A DNA stretch of 30,844 bases from a virus (lineage: Duplodnaviria > Caudoviricetes), in IMG/VR virus record IMGVR_UViG_3300019124_000098, positions 1-30,844 of that record. One strand, given 5' to 3'. How positions within the stretch are numbered: position 1 is the stretch's first letter; each line of letters opens with the position of its first letter. Of the stretch, positions 1-8,779 are shown piece after piece. The position numbers and the translations under genes were made by a program. The notes below the pieces were generated by a model. It worked only from the letters and a program-made list of their open reading frames with translations, was not told where the DNA came from and did no database searches.

Positions 1-1956
1 CATCTGAATATCGACATCGAGACTTACAGCTCGGTCGACATCAAGAAAGCGGGCTTGTACAGATATGTGCAAGCCCCTGATTTTCAAATCCTCTTGTTCG
101 CCTACTCGTGGGACGGGGAGCCGGTCCGCGTCATCGATCTGGCGCAAGGGGAAGAGATCCCGAAGCACGTGCTGAAAGCACTGAGCGACCCGTTCGTCAT
201 CAAGCACGCCTACAACGCGCCGTTTGAATGGTATTGCCTCAACAAGTTCTGGCAGTCTCCAATTGAGCAGTGGCGCTGCACCATGGTCCACGGACTCTAC
301 TGCGGGTACACCGCCGGTCTTGGAGCGACCGCCGCCGCGCTCGGGCTACCGGAAGATAAGCGGAAGATGGGCACAGGCGCCGCGCTGATCCGCACGTTCT
401 GCTTTCCCTGTAAGCCGACGAATTCGAACGGGAATCGGACGCGCACGCTGCCGCACCATGAGCCGGAGAAATGGAAGCTGTTCAAGGAATACTGCGCCCA
501 GGATGTCGTGACGGAGATGGAGATCGGAAAACGCCTCGCCGCCTTCCCGGTACCGGAGCAGGAATGGAAGCTGTGGCGGCTGGATCAATGGATTAATGCG
601 TACGGCGTTGCCGTGGATCTGGATGTCGTCGAGGGAGCTATCGCGGTTGATGAAATAGTGACTGGGGAGCTGATGAAGGAAGCGGTGTCGCTCTCCGGAC
701 TGGAGAACCCAAAAAGCGTAGCGCAACTGAAAGATTGGCTGGCCGAGGAGATCGGCGAGGAAGTCGACAATCTCCGAAAGGAAACGGTCTCGACTTTGCT
801 CAAGACGACCGACGAAGGCGCGGCACGCAGGGTACTCGAGATTCGCCAGGAGCTGGGGAAAGCGAGCGTCTCCAAGTACAAGGCCATTCGTGAAGCGGTC
901 TGCGGCGACGGCCGGGTCCGGGGACTGCTACAGTTCTACGGCGCGAACCGGACCGGGCGCTGGGCTGGGCGGCTCGTGCAGGTGCAGAACCTCCCGCGGA
1001 ACCACATGAAGCTGTTCGATTTGGCAAGGGAGCTTGTCAAAGCACGGAACATCGACGCGCTGCGGATCCTTTTCGGGAACATCCCCGACACGCTTTCGCA
1101 GCTCGTACGCACCGCCTTCATACCGTCCCCAGGAAACATCCTGCGAGTGGCCGACTTCAACGCGATCGAGGCGCGCGTACTGGCTTGGCTCGCCGGTGAG
1201 CAATGGCGGCTAGACGTGTTTAATTCCCATGGTAAGATTTACGAGGCGTCGGCGTCGCAGATGTTCGGCGTGCCGCTAGAGAGCATCGACAAGGGCTCGG
1301 AGCTGCGGCAACGCGGCAAGGTCGCGGAGCTTGCGCTCGGGTACCAAGGCGGCTCCGGCGCGCTCGAGGCGATGGACACGGAAAAGAAGCTGAACCCGGC
1401 GGAGTTACCGGACATCGTGAAGCGCTGGCGGAACGCGAACCGCCGCATTGTCGATCTGTGGTACAGCATGGAGAACGCAGCGCTCGACGTCATGACGAGA
1501 GGCGAGTTCGTCGGGGTCCGCGGGCTGATCATTGCCCGGGAAAGCCATTACGACTCGCAGCAGGACTTCCTAACGATCACGCTGCCGAGAGGCCGGAAGC
1601 TGTACTATGCGAAGCCGTTCCTGCAGGAGAACGACTTCGGGAAGATGGCGGTCTACTACCACAGCGTGAACCAAAAGACGCGGAAATGGGAAAAGACCAG
1701 CACCTATGGCGGTAAGCTGGTTGAGAACGTGGTCCAGGCGATCGCGCGCGACTGCCTCGTGGAAGCACTGATCCGGCTGGCGCACGCAGGCTATTTGGCC
1801 GTAATGCACATCCACGACGAGATCGTAGCCGACGTGTCGCCGGGATTCAGTTCGCTGGAGGAGATGACGGCGATCATGGGTGCACCGATCAGCTGGGCGC
1901 CGGGGTTGCCGCTCAAGGCGGCAGGGTTTGAAACAGACTATTACATGAAGGATTAA
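1..1956 (+). CDS. Phage DNA polymerase, family A (5'-truncated by window edge)
   Basis: Frame is open from base 1 (HLNIDIETYS, ExoI DxE motif). Also HAYNAPFE, motif A ADFNAIEARVLA, motif B RQRGKVAELALGY and motif C HIHDEIV. Confidence 0.96.
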   Translation, partial: HLNIDIETYSSVDIKKAGLYRYVQAPDFQILLFAYSWDGEPVRVIDLAQGEEIPKHVLKALSDPFVIKHAYNAPFEWYCLNKFWQSPIEQWRCTMVHGLYCGYTAGLGATAAALGLPEDKRKMGTGAALIRTFCFPCKPTNSNGNRTRTLPHHEPEKWKLFKEYCAQDVVTEMEIGKRLAAFPVPEQEWKLWRLDQWINAYGVAVDLDVVEGAIAVDEIVTGELMKEAVSLSGLENPKSVAQLKDWLAEEIGEEVDNLRKETVSTLLKTTDEGAARRVLEIRQELGKASVSKYKAIREAVCGDGRVRGLLQFYGANRTGRWAGRLVQVQNLPRNHMKLFDLARELVKARNIDALRILFGNIPDTLSQLVRTAFIPSPGNILRVADFNAIEARVLAWLAGEQWRLDVFNSHGKIYEASASQMFGVPLESIDKGSELRQRGKVAELALGYQGGSGALEAMDTEKKLNPAELPDIVKRWRNANRRIVDLWYSMENAALDVMTRGEFVGVRGLIIARESHYDSQQDFLTITLPRGRKLYYAKPFLQENDFGKMAVYYHSVNQKTRKWEKTSTYGGKLVENVVQAIARDCLVEALIRLAHAGYLAVMHIHDEIVADVSPGFSSLEEMTAIMGAPISWAPGLPLKAAGFETDYYMKD

Positions 1957-2249
1957 AGTTCGGTTATTAGATCAGTAATTTCATTCTCAGAAGTCACACG
2001 GGTTCCGATAATATCCAAAGGAATTCTTAATCGGTTAGCTACATCAATAGCAGATTCATTAAAAAGTAAGAACGTAGGAGGCTCTTTTCCTAGTTCATGA
2101 CAAAGAATGAGATAAAGGAAGTGTTCCCTCTCGCACCGCAGAATACTAAGGGGATTTAATGCGTTTGGGAAAGCTCTAAATGAATCTATTAGATTGCTTA
2201 AATTAGCCAATTGATATTCGTCGATAGCCACAACTGTGTAGTTTGTCAC
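1953..2249 (-). CDS. Hypothetical protein, AT-rich antisense moron (98 aa)
   Basis: GTG start 6 nt after GGAGGG. Upstream TGTTATAAT on the minus strand. Sharp composition shift. Stop overlaps the polymerase stop. Confidence 0.75.
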   Translation of the reverse strand: MTNYTVVAIDEYQLANLSNLIDSFRAFPNALNPLSILRCEREHFLYLILCHELGKEPPTFLLFNESAIDVANRLRIPLDIIGTRVTSENEITDLITEL

Positions 2250-2286
2250 ATTGCACCCTCCAAAAAAAGTAGTAACAGTCTGTCAA

Positions 2287-2295
2287 ATTATAACA
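2287..2295 (-). promoter_or_regulatory. Extended -10 SigA-like promoter (TGTTATAAT)
   Basis: Perfect TGnTATAAT about 37 nt upstream of the 2249 start. Confidence 0.65.
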
Positions 2296-2345
2296 TAGGA
2301 CCTACTGGAATGTTAGGGGATGTCAGATCAAAGAGGTGTCGCACC

Positions 2346-4763
2346 TTGCAACACAACCGACAATTAACCGTATCCGCCGCCGGCAACCGCCGGGCGACAC
2401 ACTGGCCGACGCAGTCGATCTGGTGGTCAGAGCTCGTCGAGCGCCTGCGAACGGCGGTCCGCGGGACCGAAACGCTTGCCGAGTACCTCGCCATGCCGAA
2501 GTCACTCCAAGACGACCTGAAGGACGTCGGCGGCTTCGTGGCGGGAGAGCTCGCCGGCGGCCGCCGGAAAGCGAGCGCCGTAAAGGGCCGGGACGTCGTC
2601 ACGCTCGACCTCGACAACATTCCCGCCGGCGGCACCGCGGACGTGCTGCTCCGGCTCGACGGCCTTGGCTGCGCGTTCGCGGTTTACTCCACGAGGAAGC
2701 ATGAGGAGGCGAAGCCGCGGCTGCGCGTGCTGCTGCCGCTCTCTAGAGCCGTGACGGCGGACGAATACGAGCCGATCGCACGCAAGCTCGCCCAGATCAT
2801 CGGCATCGAGCTGTGCGACCCGACGACGTTCCAAGCGACGCGGCTCATGTACTGGCCGAGCTGCTGCGCCGACAGTCGGTATGTCTTCCACTTCGGGGAC
2901 AAGCCGTTCGTCGACGCGGACGGGCTGCTCGGGATGTACGCCGACTGGCGGAGTGTGGCGGAGTGGCCGCAGGTCCAGGGAGCTAACCAGGCGCACGTGC
3001 GGCTTGCGGCGAAGCAGGGCGACCCGACAGCAAAGGAAGGCATCGTCGGTGCGTTCTGCCGACAGTACGATATCTACGCCGCGATCGAGACGTTCTTGCC
3101 CGGCGTTTACGTGTCGACGGACGACGGCAGCGGCCGCTACACCTACGCCGCCGGGTCGACAACCGGCGGCGCCGTGATCTACGACAACGGGGCGTTCCTC
3201 TACTCCCACCATGCAACGGACCCGTGCGGTGGCCGCCTCGTCAACGCGTTCGACCTCGTGCGGCTACATAAGTTCGGGGACCAGGACGATGATGCGAAGC
3301 CGGACACGCCGACGAACCGCCTGCCGTCGTTCACGGCCACGGTCACTTTCGCGCTGCAGGATGCCGGCGTCGCCGCGCTGATGAACCAGGAGCGGTACGA
3401 GAAGGCCGTGGCCGAGTTCACGGCGCCACTTCAGGAGACCGCCGCGACGGCCGCGCCGGCGGAAGCCGACATGAGCTGGATCGCCAAGATGGAAATCTCG
3501 GCAACCACCGGGCGGCCTGCAAAGACGACGGACAATGCGCTGATCATCCTCGAGAACGACCCGCTGCTGCGCGGCAAGATCGCCTACGACGAGTTCGCTG
3601 TGCGCGGCATGGTGCTCGGATCTCTGCCGTGGGATCCGCGACCGGAGCGACGGCAGTGGACGGACATCGACGATGCAGGGTTGCGGCATTACCTCGAGCG
3701 AACGTACGGCATTTCCGGCAAGGAGAAAATCCTCGACGCCGTTGCACTGTGCGCACACCGGCATTCATTCAACGAGGTGCAGGAGTGGCTTCGAAGCCTG
3801 CAGTGGGACGGCGTGAAGCGGCTCGACACGCTGCTGACCGATTTCCTTGGCGCGGTTAATTCGGTGTACACGCGCGCCGTCAGCCGAAAGGCAATCGTCG
3901 CGGGCGTGGCGCGGGCGATGAACCCGGGCTGCAAATACGACAACATGCCGATTCTCGCGGGGCCGCAGGGGCTCGGAAAGAGTACGTTTCTGCGGCTGCT
4001 GGGCCGGAAATGGTATTCAGACAGCCTGACGACGTTCGAAGGGAAAGAGGCGTCGGAGCTGATCCAGGGGATCTGGATCAACGAGGTCGGCGAGCTGAAC
4101 GGCTTCAACAAGTCGGAGAATAACGCGATCAAACAGTTCCTAAGCCGGACGGAGGACATTTACCGGGAGCCGTACGGCCGTCGAACGAAGAGTTATCCGC
4201 GGCGTGGCGTGTTCTGGGGGACGACCAACGACAGCGAGTTCCTTCGGGACGTAACTGGGAACCGCCGCTTCTGGCCGGTGGACGTTGGCGTGCAGCAGCC
4301 GACGAAGAGCGTGTTCACACAGCTGGAGGAGGAAGTGCCCCAGATATACGCTGAGGCGTTCCGCTATTGGCAGGCAGGTGAACCTCTGTATTTGACCGGT
4401 GAGGCGGCCGACATCGCGAAGCAGCAGCAAGAAGAGCACCGCGAGCGCAGCGCCAAGGAGGGCGTCGTCCGCGAGTTCCTGGAACGTCCGGTACCGGTGG
4501 GGTGGGAAAAACGTTCGATGGCGGAGAGGCGCATATATTGGTCGGGCGAGTTCGAGAGGCACGAAGGTGAGAAGGTTGCGCGCGATCGCGTTTGTGCGGC
4601 GGAAATCTGGTGCGAGTGTTTGGGCGGCGATCTGAAGCACATGAAGCGGTTCGAGGCGGTCGAGATCAACAACATTTTGGCGAGCATTTCTGGATGGAGG
4701 AAGCACCCCAGTACGCTACGGATCGGACCGTACGGGCACCAAAAAGGGTTCGTAAGGTTGTAA
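2346..4763 (+). CDS. Primase-helicase (AEP-like N-terminus, VirE/VapE P-loop C-terminus)
   Basis: TTG 2346 after GAGGTG is preferred to 2211. N-terminal TLDLD, STRKH and RLRV motifs. Walker A GPQGLGKS, Walker B INEVGE, and GTTN...GNRRFWP. Confidence 0.9.
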   Translation: MQHNRQLTVSAAGNRRATHWPTQSIWWSELVERLRTAVRGTETLAEYLAMPKSLQDDLKDVGGFVAGELAGGRRKASAVKGRDVVTLDLDNIPAGGTADVLLRLDGLGCAFAVYSTRKHEEAKPRLRVLLPLSRAVTADEYEPIARKLAQIIGIELCDPTTFQATRLMYWPSCCADSRYVFHFGDKPFVDADGLLGMYADWRSVAEWPQVQGANQAHVRLAAKQGDPTAKEGIVGAFCRQYDIYAAIETFLPGVYVSTDDGSGRYTYAAGSTTGGAVIYDNGAFLYSHHATDPCGGRLVNAFDLVRLHKFGDQDDDAKPDTPTNRLPSFTATVTFALQDAGVAALMNQERYEKAVAEFTAPLQETAATAAPAEADMSWIAKMEISATTGRPAKTTDNALIILENDPLLRGKIAYDEFAVRGMVLGSLPWDPRPERRQWTDIDDAGLRHYLERTYGISGKEKILDAVALCAHRHSFNEVQEWLRSLQWDGVKRLDTLLTDFLGAVNSVYTRAVSRKAIVAGVARAMNPGCKYDNMPILAGPQGLGKSTFLRLLGRKWYSDSLTTFEGKEASELIQGIWINEVGELNGFNKSENNAIKQFLSRTEDIYREPYGRRTKSYPRRGVFWGTTNDSEFLRDVTGNRRFWPVDVGVQQPTKSVFTQLEEEVPQIYAEAFRYWQAGEPLYLTGEAADIAKQQQEEHRERSAKEGVVREFLERPVPVGWEKRSMAERRIYWSGEFERHEGEKVARDRVCAAEIWCECLGGDLKHMKRFEAVEINNILASISGWRKHPSTLRIGPYGHQKGFVRL

Positions 4764-4914
4764 ACCAACTCTGTAAACCTTGTAAACCTTGTAAACCTTG
4801 TAAACTTTCTCGTGTAAACCTTGTAAACCAACTTTTTTAGAAAGTTTACGAGAAAGTTTACAGCCCAAACCCGCGCCGTTATGCGGAAAATCGCCATCTG
4901 TAAACTATGTAAAC
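4759..4914. repeat. TGTAAAC iteron array, putative replication origin
   Basis: Direct TGTAAAC at 4759, 4772, 4781, 4790, 4799, 4813, 4822, 4899 and 4908. Inverted GTTTAC at 4844 and 4856. 15-bp perfect inverted repeat 4799-4813/4848-4862. Confidence 0.85.
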
Positions 4915-5040
4915 CAACTTTTCTAATGAAATAAAAAATAGAGGGAATAGGAAGTATCAGGGGCGTACGCGTAACGCCTAACGCGCCTGAGCGTGATATA
5001 AACATACGCGTGCGTGCGAGAAAGTTACGGAGGGTTGATC

Positions 5041-5349
5041 ATGCGAGAGCGCAGCATCGAGGAGTATCTCCGGGAGCGAGTGAAGGAAGCCGGAGGGAGG
5101 GCCTACAAATTCGTTTCACTGGGGAATGCAGGAGTACCAGACCGGCTGGTGATGCTGCCCGGCGGCCGACTCGTTTTCGCGGAGTTGAAAGCGCCGGGGA
5201 AGAAGCCGACGGCACTGCAGAGGGCGCAAGGTCGGTTCATCCGGAATCAGGGGCTGCCGGTCGTCGTGGTCGACAGCAAGGAGGGCGTTGACGAGCTGAT
5301 CCAGAAGATGACGGAAGCAGGAGGGATACCGCCGTGGCCGGAGGAGTAG
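5041..5349 (+). CDS. VRR-NUC domain nuclease
   Basis: ATG 5041 after GGAGGG. MRERSIE...GNAGVPDRLV...FAELKAPG...PTALQ signature. Confidence 0.93.
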   Translation: MRERSIEEYLRERVKEAGGRAYKFVSLGNAGVPDRLVMLPGGRLVFAELKAPGKKPTALQRAQGRFIRNQGLPVVVVDSKEGVDELIQKMTEAGGIPPWPEE

Positions 5350-6716
5350 CACGAAAGAAATTCGAACCGCATGCATACCAGCGGTACTGCATCAACCGAT
5401 TGCTGGTCGACGACGTTCTCGCCCTGTTCCTGGATCTAGGCTTAGGGAAGACGGTTATCACGCTGACGGCCGTGAACGACCTGAAATACAACCGTTTCGC
5501 CATCCGACGGGTGTTGGTTGTCGCGCCGAAGAAGGTCGCAGAGGCCAGCTGGTCGATGGAAGCGGCCAAATGGGAACACCTGAAGCACATGCGCGTCGTT
5601 CCTGTGATGGGCGACCAGCGGAAGCGGATCCGGGCGCTGAATACGCCCGGCGATGTTTGGGTCATCGCCCGAGACAACCTTGCATGGCTTGTTGAGCATT
5701 ACCGCAACGCGTGGCCGTTCGACATGGTCGTGCTGGACGAGCTTTCGAGCTTTAAGAACCATCAGGCGAAGCGGTTCAAGGTTCTGACGTGGGTACGGCC
5801 TCACATCAAGCGAATTGTCGGGCTGACCGGCACGCCGGCGCCGAACGGGTTGCTGGATCTTTGGGCGCAAATCTACCTGCTGGACAGCGGCGAGCGTCTT
5901 GAAAAATACATCACGCATTACCGATCGCGGTATTTCGAACAGAACTACAACGGGTTCGGGTATACGGCGAAGCCGGGGGCCGACGAGGTCATTCATCAAC
6001 GGATAGCGGACATCTGTATCAGCATGAGCGCCAAGGATTATCTGGAGCTTCCGGACTGCACAGTGAACGAGGTCCCAATCGTTTTGGACGCCAAAGCGAA
6101 AGAGCAGTACGAGCGAATGGAGAGGGAACTGCTGCTGGAGGTCGAGGGCACGGAGATTTCGGCGACGAGCGCGGCCGTGCTGACCGGAAAGCTGCTACAG
6201 ATGTGCAACGGCGCGATTTACGACGAGAACCGCCAAGTCCACGAGATCCACGATTGCAAAATTGAAGCGTTCATGGAGCTGATTGAGCAGCTGAATGGGA
6301 AATCGGCCCTGGTATTTTACAGCTACCAGCATGATCTGGAGCGAATCCACCGGGCACTGGCCAAAACGGACCTTCGGGTCCGAGAGCTCAAGACGCCGGA
6401 GGATCAAATGGACTGGAATGCCGGCAAGGTCGATATCCTGCTGGCTCACCCGGCCAGTTCGGCCTATGGGCTGAACCTGCAAGACGGCGGGAACCACGTC
6501 GTGTGGTTCGGGCTGAACTGGAGCCTAGAGTTGTACCAGCAAGCCAACGGTCGCTTGCACCGGCAGGGCCAAACGCAGAAAGTCATCTTGCACCACCTCG
6601 TCGTCCAGGGAGGCGCCGATGAGGATGTAATGGCGGCGTTGGAGAACAAAGCGCAGACGCAGGACAAGCTGCTGGAAGCTCTGAAAGCACGCATCGAGAG
6701 GGTGACAAGTGGATGA
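5334..6716 (+). CDS. SNF2-like SF2 helicase
   Basis: DLGLGKT, VVLDELS, GLTGTP, GLNLQ and QANGRLHRQGQ motifs. Confidence 0.95.
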   Translation: MAGGVARKKFEPHAYQRYCINRLLVDDVLALFLDLGLGKTVITLTAVNDLKYNRFAIRRVLVVAPKKVAEASWSMEAAKWEHLKHMRVVPVMGDQRKRIRALNTPGDVWVIARDNLAWLVEHYRNAWPFDMVVLDELSSFKNHQAKRFKVLTWVRPHIKRIVGLTGTPAPNGLLDLWAQIYLLDSGERLEKYITHYRSRYFEQNYNGFGYTAKPGADEVIHQRIADICISMSAKDYLELPDCTVNEVPIVLDAKAKEQYERMERELLLEVEGTEISATSAAVLTGKLLQMCNGAIYDENRQVHEIHDCKIEAFMELIEQLNGKSALVFYSYQHDLERIHRALAKTDLRVRELKTPEDQMDWNAGKVDILLAHPASSAYGLNLQDGGNHVVWFGLNWSLELYQQANGRLHRQGQTQKVILHHLVVQGGADEDVMAALENKAQTQDKLLEALKARIERVTSG

Positions 6717-7909
6717 ATGAAACCCAAAGGCGCAAAGTGTTTCAGCGAGTTAAGGCGATGACGACGGAACGGTTTTGGAGCTGGCAAAACTGGCTGCACA
6801 CCAGAGCATACGACTTATCAGGTAGTCATCACCTCGAGGCAATTCGTGGGCACCCAATGGGCGGCGAACAGATGGCCAGAGAAATCGCTGAAATGGTTGA
6901 TTCGGTCCGCGGGAGAACTGGATTGAAGACGATCACGATCGACGATACGGAGGACGTGGAATTTCAGATTGTCATGGGAGGGCGAACCGTGGGAACCCCA
7001 ATACCGAACAGAGCCAATGAGGAGAAGTCCATAGCGGCCGGACCGGTGACGACGTATAAGCTGCCGCCGGAAGAACTCGAGAAGCTGCGGGCCGGAACGC
7101 AACCGACGGAAAGAAGGCCGATCCACACGAGTCCCGACGGCGGCCGAAGCGAACGGAATAGGCTGATCGAAAACCAAACCAAAAACGAGGTGGACGATAT
7201 GAAACCTAAGAAGACGGGTCCTGATTGCGGACTGACGAAGCGTATTTTCTTGGAGCAGATTGCTGCCGGCGAAACCGTATCAAGCATCGAACGGGCTTGG
7301 AAGATGAAAAACCAGACGCTTCCGTATTTGGTCAAAGTATGGGGACTGAGGGGTGTGACAGCGGGAAAGGCTCGGGAGTTGCTGGCGGAGATGCCGACGA
7401 TGGCAACGGATGAACTTGAGTCGTTGCAGCCTGAAGCCATGACGGAAGACGTCGTGCCGGCGCAACCACAACCACCTGGAATGAATGCAACAGCGTCGTT
7501 TTACGCCGAGGTATCTGCCGACCGACAAGCGAAACAGTCTGACGCAGACCCCTTCGCCAGCGTCGAATGGTTTAATGTCGAGCAAGTGTTGGACGGCCCT
7601 TCGGTAAGCCTAAACAGCCGCGGGTTGTCGTTCGACGAAGAGGCCACGAAACGGATGGGTTTGAAAGCGAACGAGACGCTGATGATCGGCGCGGCCCCGG
7701 GGAAGTTGGTTTTCCAGAAGGGAGCACGCGGTCTGAAACTTCGCGAAGTTGGAGGCTCTACAGTACGTATCGAGAGCAAGCGGATCGGAAACTGGCAGCC
7801 GTTCAAGGTAGCTGCGAAGAAACGTTACCCACTGAAGCAGGACGCGATGAGAGGGGTTTATTACATCGAGGTCGAGGAGACGGATTATGAAGAAACCCGA
7901 ACTTCGTGA
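6713..7909 (+). CDS. Hypothetical phage protein, multi-segment, with internal in-frame starts
   Basis: ATGA overlap with the helicase stop. 398-aa ORF. Internal SD+start pairs at 6989 and 7199. Confidence 0.75.
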   Translation: MNETQRRKVFQRVKAMTTERFWSWQNWLHTRAYDLSGSHHLEAIRGHPMGGEQMAREIAEMVDSVRGRTGLKTITIDDTEDVEFQIVMGGRTVGTPIPNRANEEKSIAAGPVTTYKLPPEELEKLRAGTQPTERRPIHTSPDGGRSERNRLIENQTKNEVDDMKPKKTGPDCGLTKRIFLEQIAAGETVSSIERAWKMKNQTLPYLVKVWGLRGVTAGKARELLAEMPTMATDELESLQPEAMTEDVVPAQPQPPGMNATASFYAEVSADRQAKQSDADPFASVEWFNVEQVLDGPSVSLNSRGLSFDEEATKRMGLKANETLMIGAAPGKLVFQKGARGLKLREVGGSTVRIESKRIGNWQPFKVAAKKRYPLKQDAMRGVYYIEVEETDYEETRTS

Positions 7910-8015
7910 GGACGGCGATCCACTGACCGGCTTCGCCTGGGGGCTCGCACTGTCGCTGTTGATGTGGGTCATTTTGGCCGCCGGCGCCGCGGCAGTGTAC
8001 CGATTCGTACTTTGA
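7887..8015 (+). CDS. Small single-pass membrane protein (42 aa; not in ORF track)
   Basis: GAGGAG SD then ATG. Translates as MKKPELREDGDPLTGFAWGLALSLLMWVILAAGAAAVYRFVL. Confidence 0.7.
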   Translation: MKKPELREDGDPLTGFAWGLALSLLMWVILAAGAAAVYRFVL

Positions 8016-8226
8016 CACTGCGGGCCGTCTTCACCTCGATGTTTTCCCGGAGGAAATGTAGGACGCCGACGCTGTTGGAGAGGATCGACAGCGTCGTGTC
8101 TGAAAAGTCGATAATGATGCCGTACCCGTCGAAGACTTTGTTCCCGTCTCCGTCGACGGTGAAGACCATGACCGGCTCGCTGGTGCGTTTGGCTTTTCCG
8201 AAGTCGTCAAGCGTTCTGAGCAGCAT
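7969..8226 (-). CDS. Hypothetical protein, antisense moron (~85 aa)
   Basis: ATG 8226 after GGGTGA (alternative GTG at 8235). TGGTATAAT upstream on the minus strand. Beta-rich sequence with a basic tail. Confidence 0.65.
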   Translation of the reverse strand: MLLRTLDDFGKAKRTSEPVMVFTVDGDGNKVFDGYGIIIDFSDTTLSILSNSVGVLHFLRENIEVKTARSVKVRIGTLPRRRRPK

Positions 8227-8244
8227 ATGTATCACCCGAATTGA

Positions 8245-8253
8245 ATTATACCA
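8245..8253 (-). promoter_or_regulatory. Extended -10 SigA-like promoter (TGGTATAAT)
   Basis: Perfect TGnTATAAT 18 nt upstream of ATG 8226. Confidence 0.65.
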
Positions 8254-8268
8254 CGGAGGTGAACCGTA

Positions 8269-8673
8269 CTGAATCCCGTCCAGATTTACTACGACGTGTG
8301 CAAAGAGATCGAGGTGCTAGAAATCCGCTTAATGGATCTCGAGGAGCAATTGAGGGCGGCACGCGCACTTTGCTTCAACGGTCAGTTGCCGTCGGACCCG
8401 ATGCCGGTTCACGTGCCATTAGATAAAGCACTTGAACAGTATGACGACATCGTTGAACGGATTAAAGTCGTTTCGGCCGAGAAGGAGCGCAAGGAGAGTA
8501 CACGAAAGCAGATCGATCGATTACTTAGGCAGTTCCAAGGACTCGAGATGCAGGTTGCCTACAAGCGGGATGTCGAAGGTAAATCGTTACTGGCGATTGC
8601 GACCGAATTGGGCTATTCATACGATCATATCCGGAGAGTTAGCAGCCGGATAAAAAAAGTCGGCGGCGCGTGA
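8269..8673 (+). CDS. Late transcriptional regulator, ArpU/RinA-like (sigma70 region 4-type HTH)
   Basis: Coiled-coil N-terminus. C-terminal HTH GKSLLAIATELGYSYDHIRRVSSR. Lies just before the packaging module. Start inferred at CTG 8269 after GGAGGTGA (track start is GTG 8296). Confidence 0.8.
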   Translation: MNPVQIYYDVCKEIEVLEIRLMDLEEQLRAARALCFNGQLPSDPMPVHVPLDKALEQYDDIVERIKVVSAEKERKESTRKQIDRLLRQFQGLEMQVAYKRDVEGKSLLAIATELGYSYDHIRRVSSRIKKVGGA

Positions 8674-8676
8674 AAG

Positions 8677-8721
8677 ATGCCACATTCATGCCACATTCCT
8701 GTTGCGAAATCATGATATAGT
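8677..8721 (+). promoter_or_regulatory. Putative late promoter: tandem ATGCCACATTC x2 plus extended -10 TGATATAGT
   Basis: Perfect 11-bp tandem repeat at 8677-8687 and 8688-8698, ending 17 bp before TATAGT (8716-8721). Confidence 0.65.
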
Positions 8722-8745
8722 TGGTTCGTGGAAGTATGCATATAC

Positions 8746-8779
8746 GAGAGTCGTCCAATCGGACGGCTCTTTTCGTTTT
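8746..8779 (+). terminator. Intrinsic terminator-like hairpin in the late leader
   Basis: GAGAGTCGTCC-AATC-GGACGGCTCTT followed by TTCGTTTT. Confidence 0.65.

Noticed and set aside
2211-2345. N-terminal extension of the primase in the ORF track
   Set aside because: It overlaps the antisense moron and its promoter; the SD supports TTG 2346.
4759-4914. Repeat array as a CRISPR
   Set aside because: Units are 7-9 bp with no unique spacers, and there are no cas genes.
4364-5005. Minus-strand ORF with FTRFTRFTR, and plus-strand CKPCKPCKP ORF at 4592-4840
   Set aside because: The peptide repeats are just translations of the 9-bp iterons.
7964-8272. 102-aa plus-strand ORF
   Set aside because: No SD. 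The opposite-strand ORF has both an SD and a perfect extended -10.
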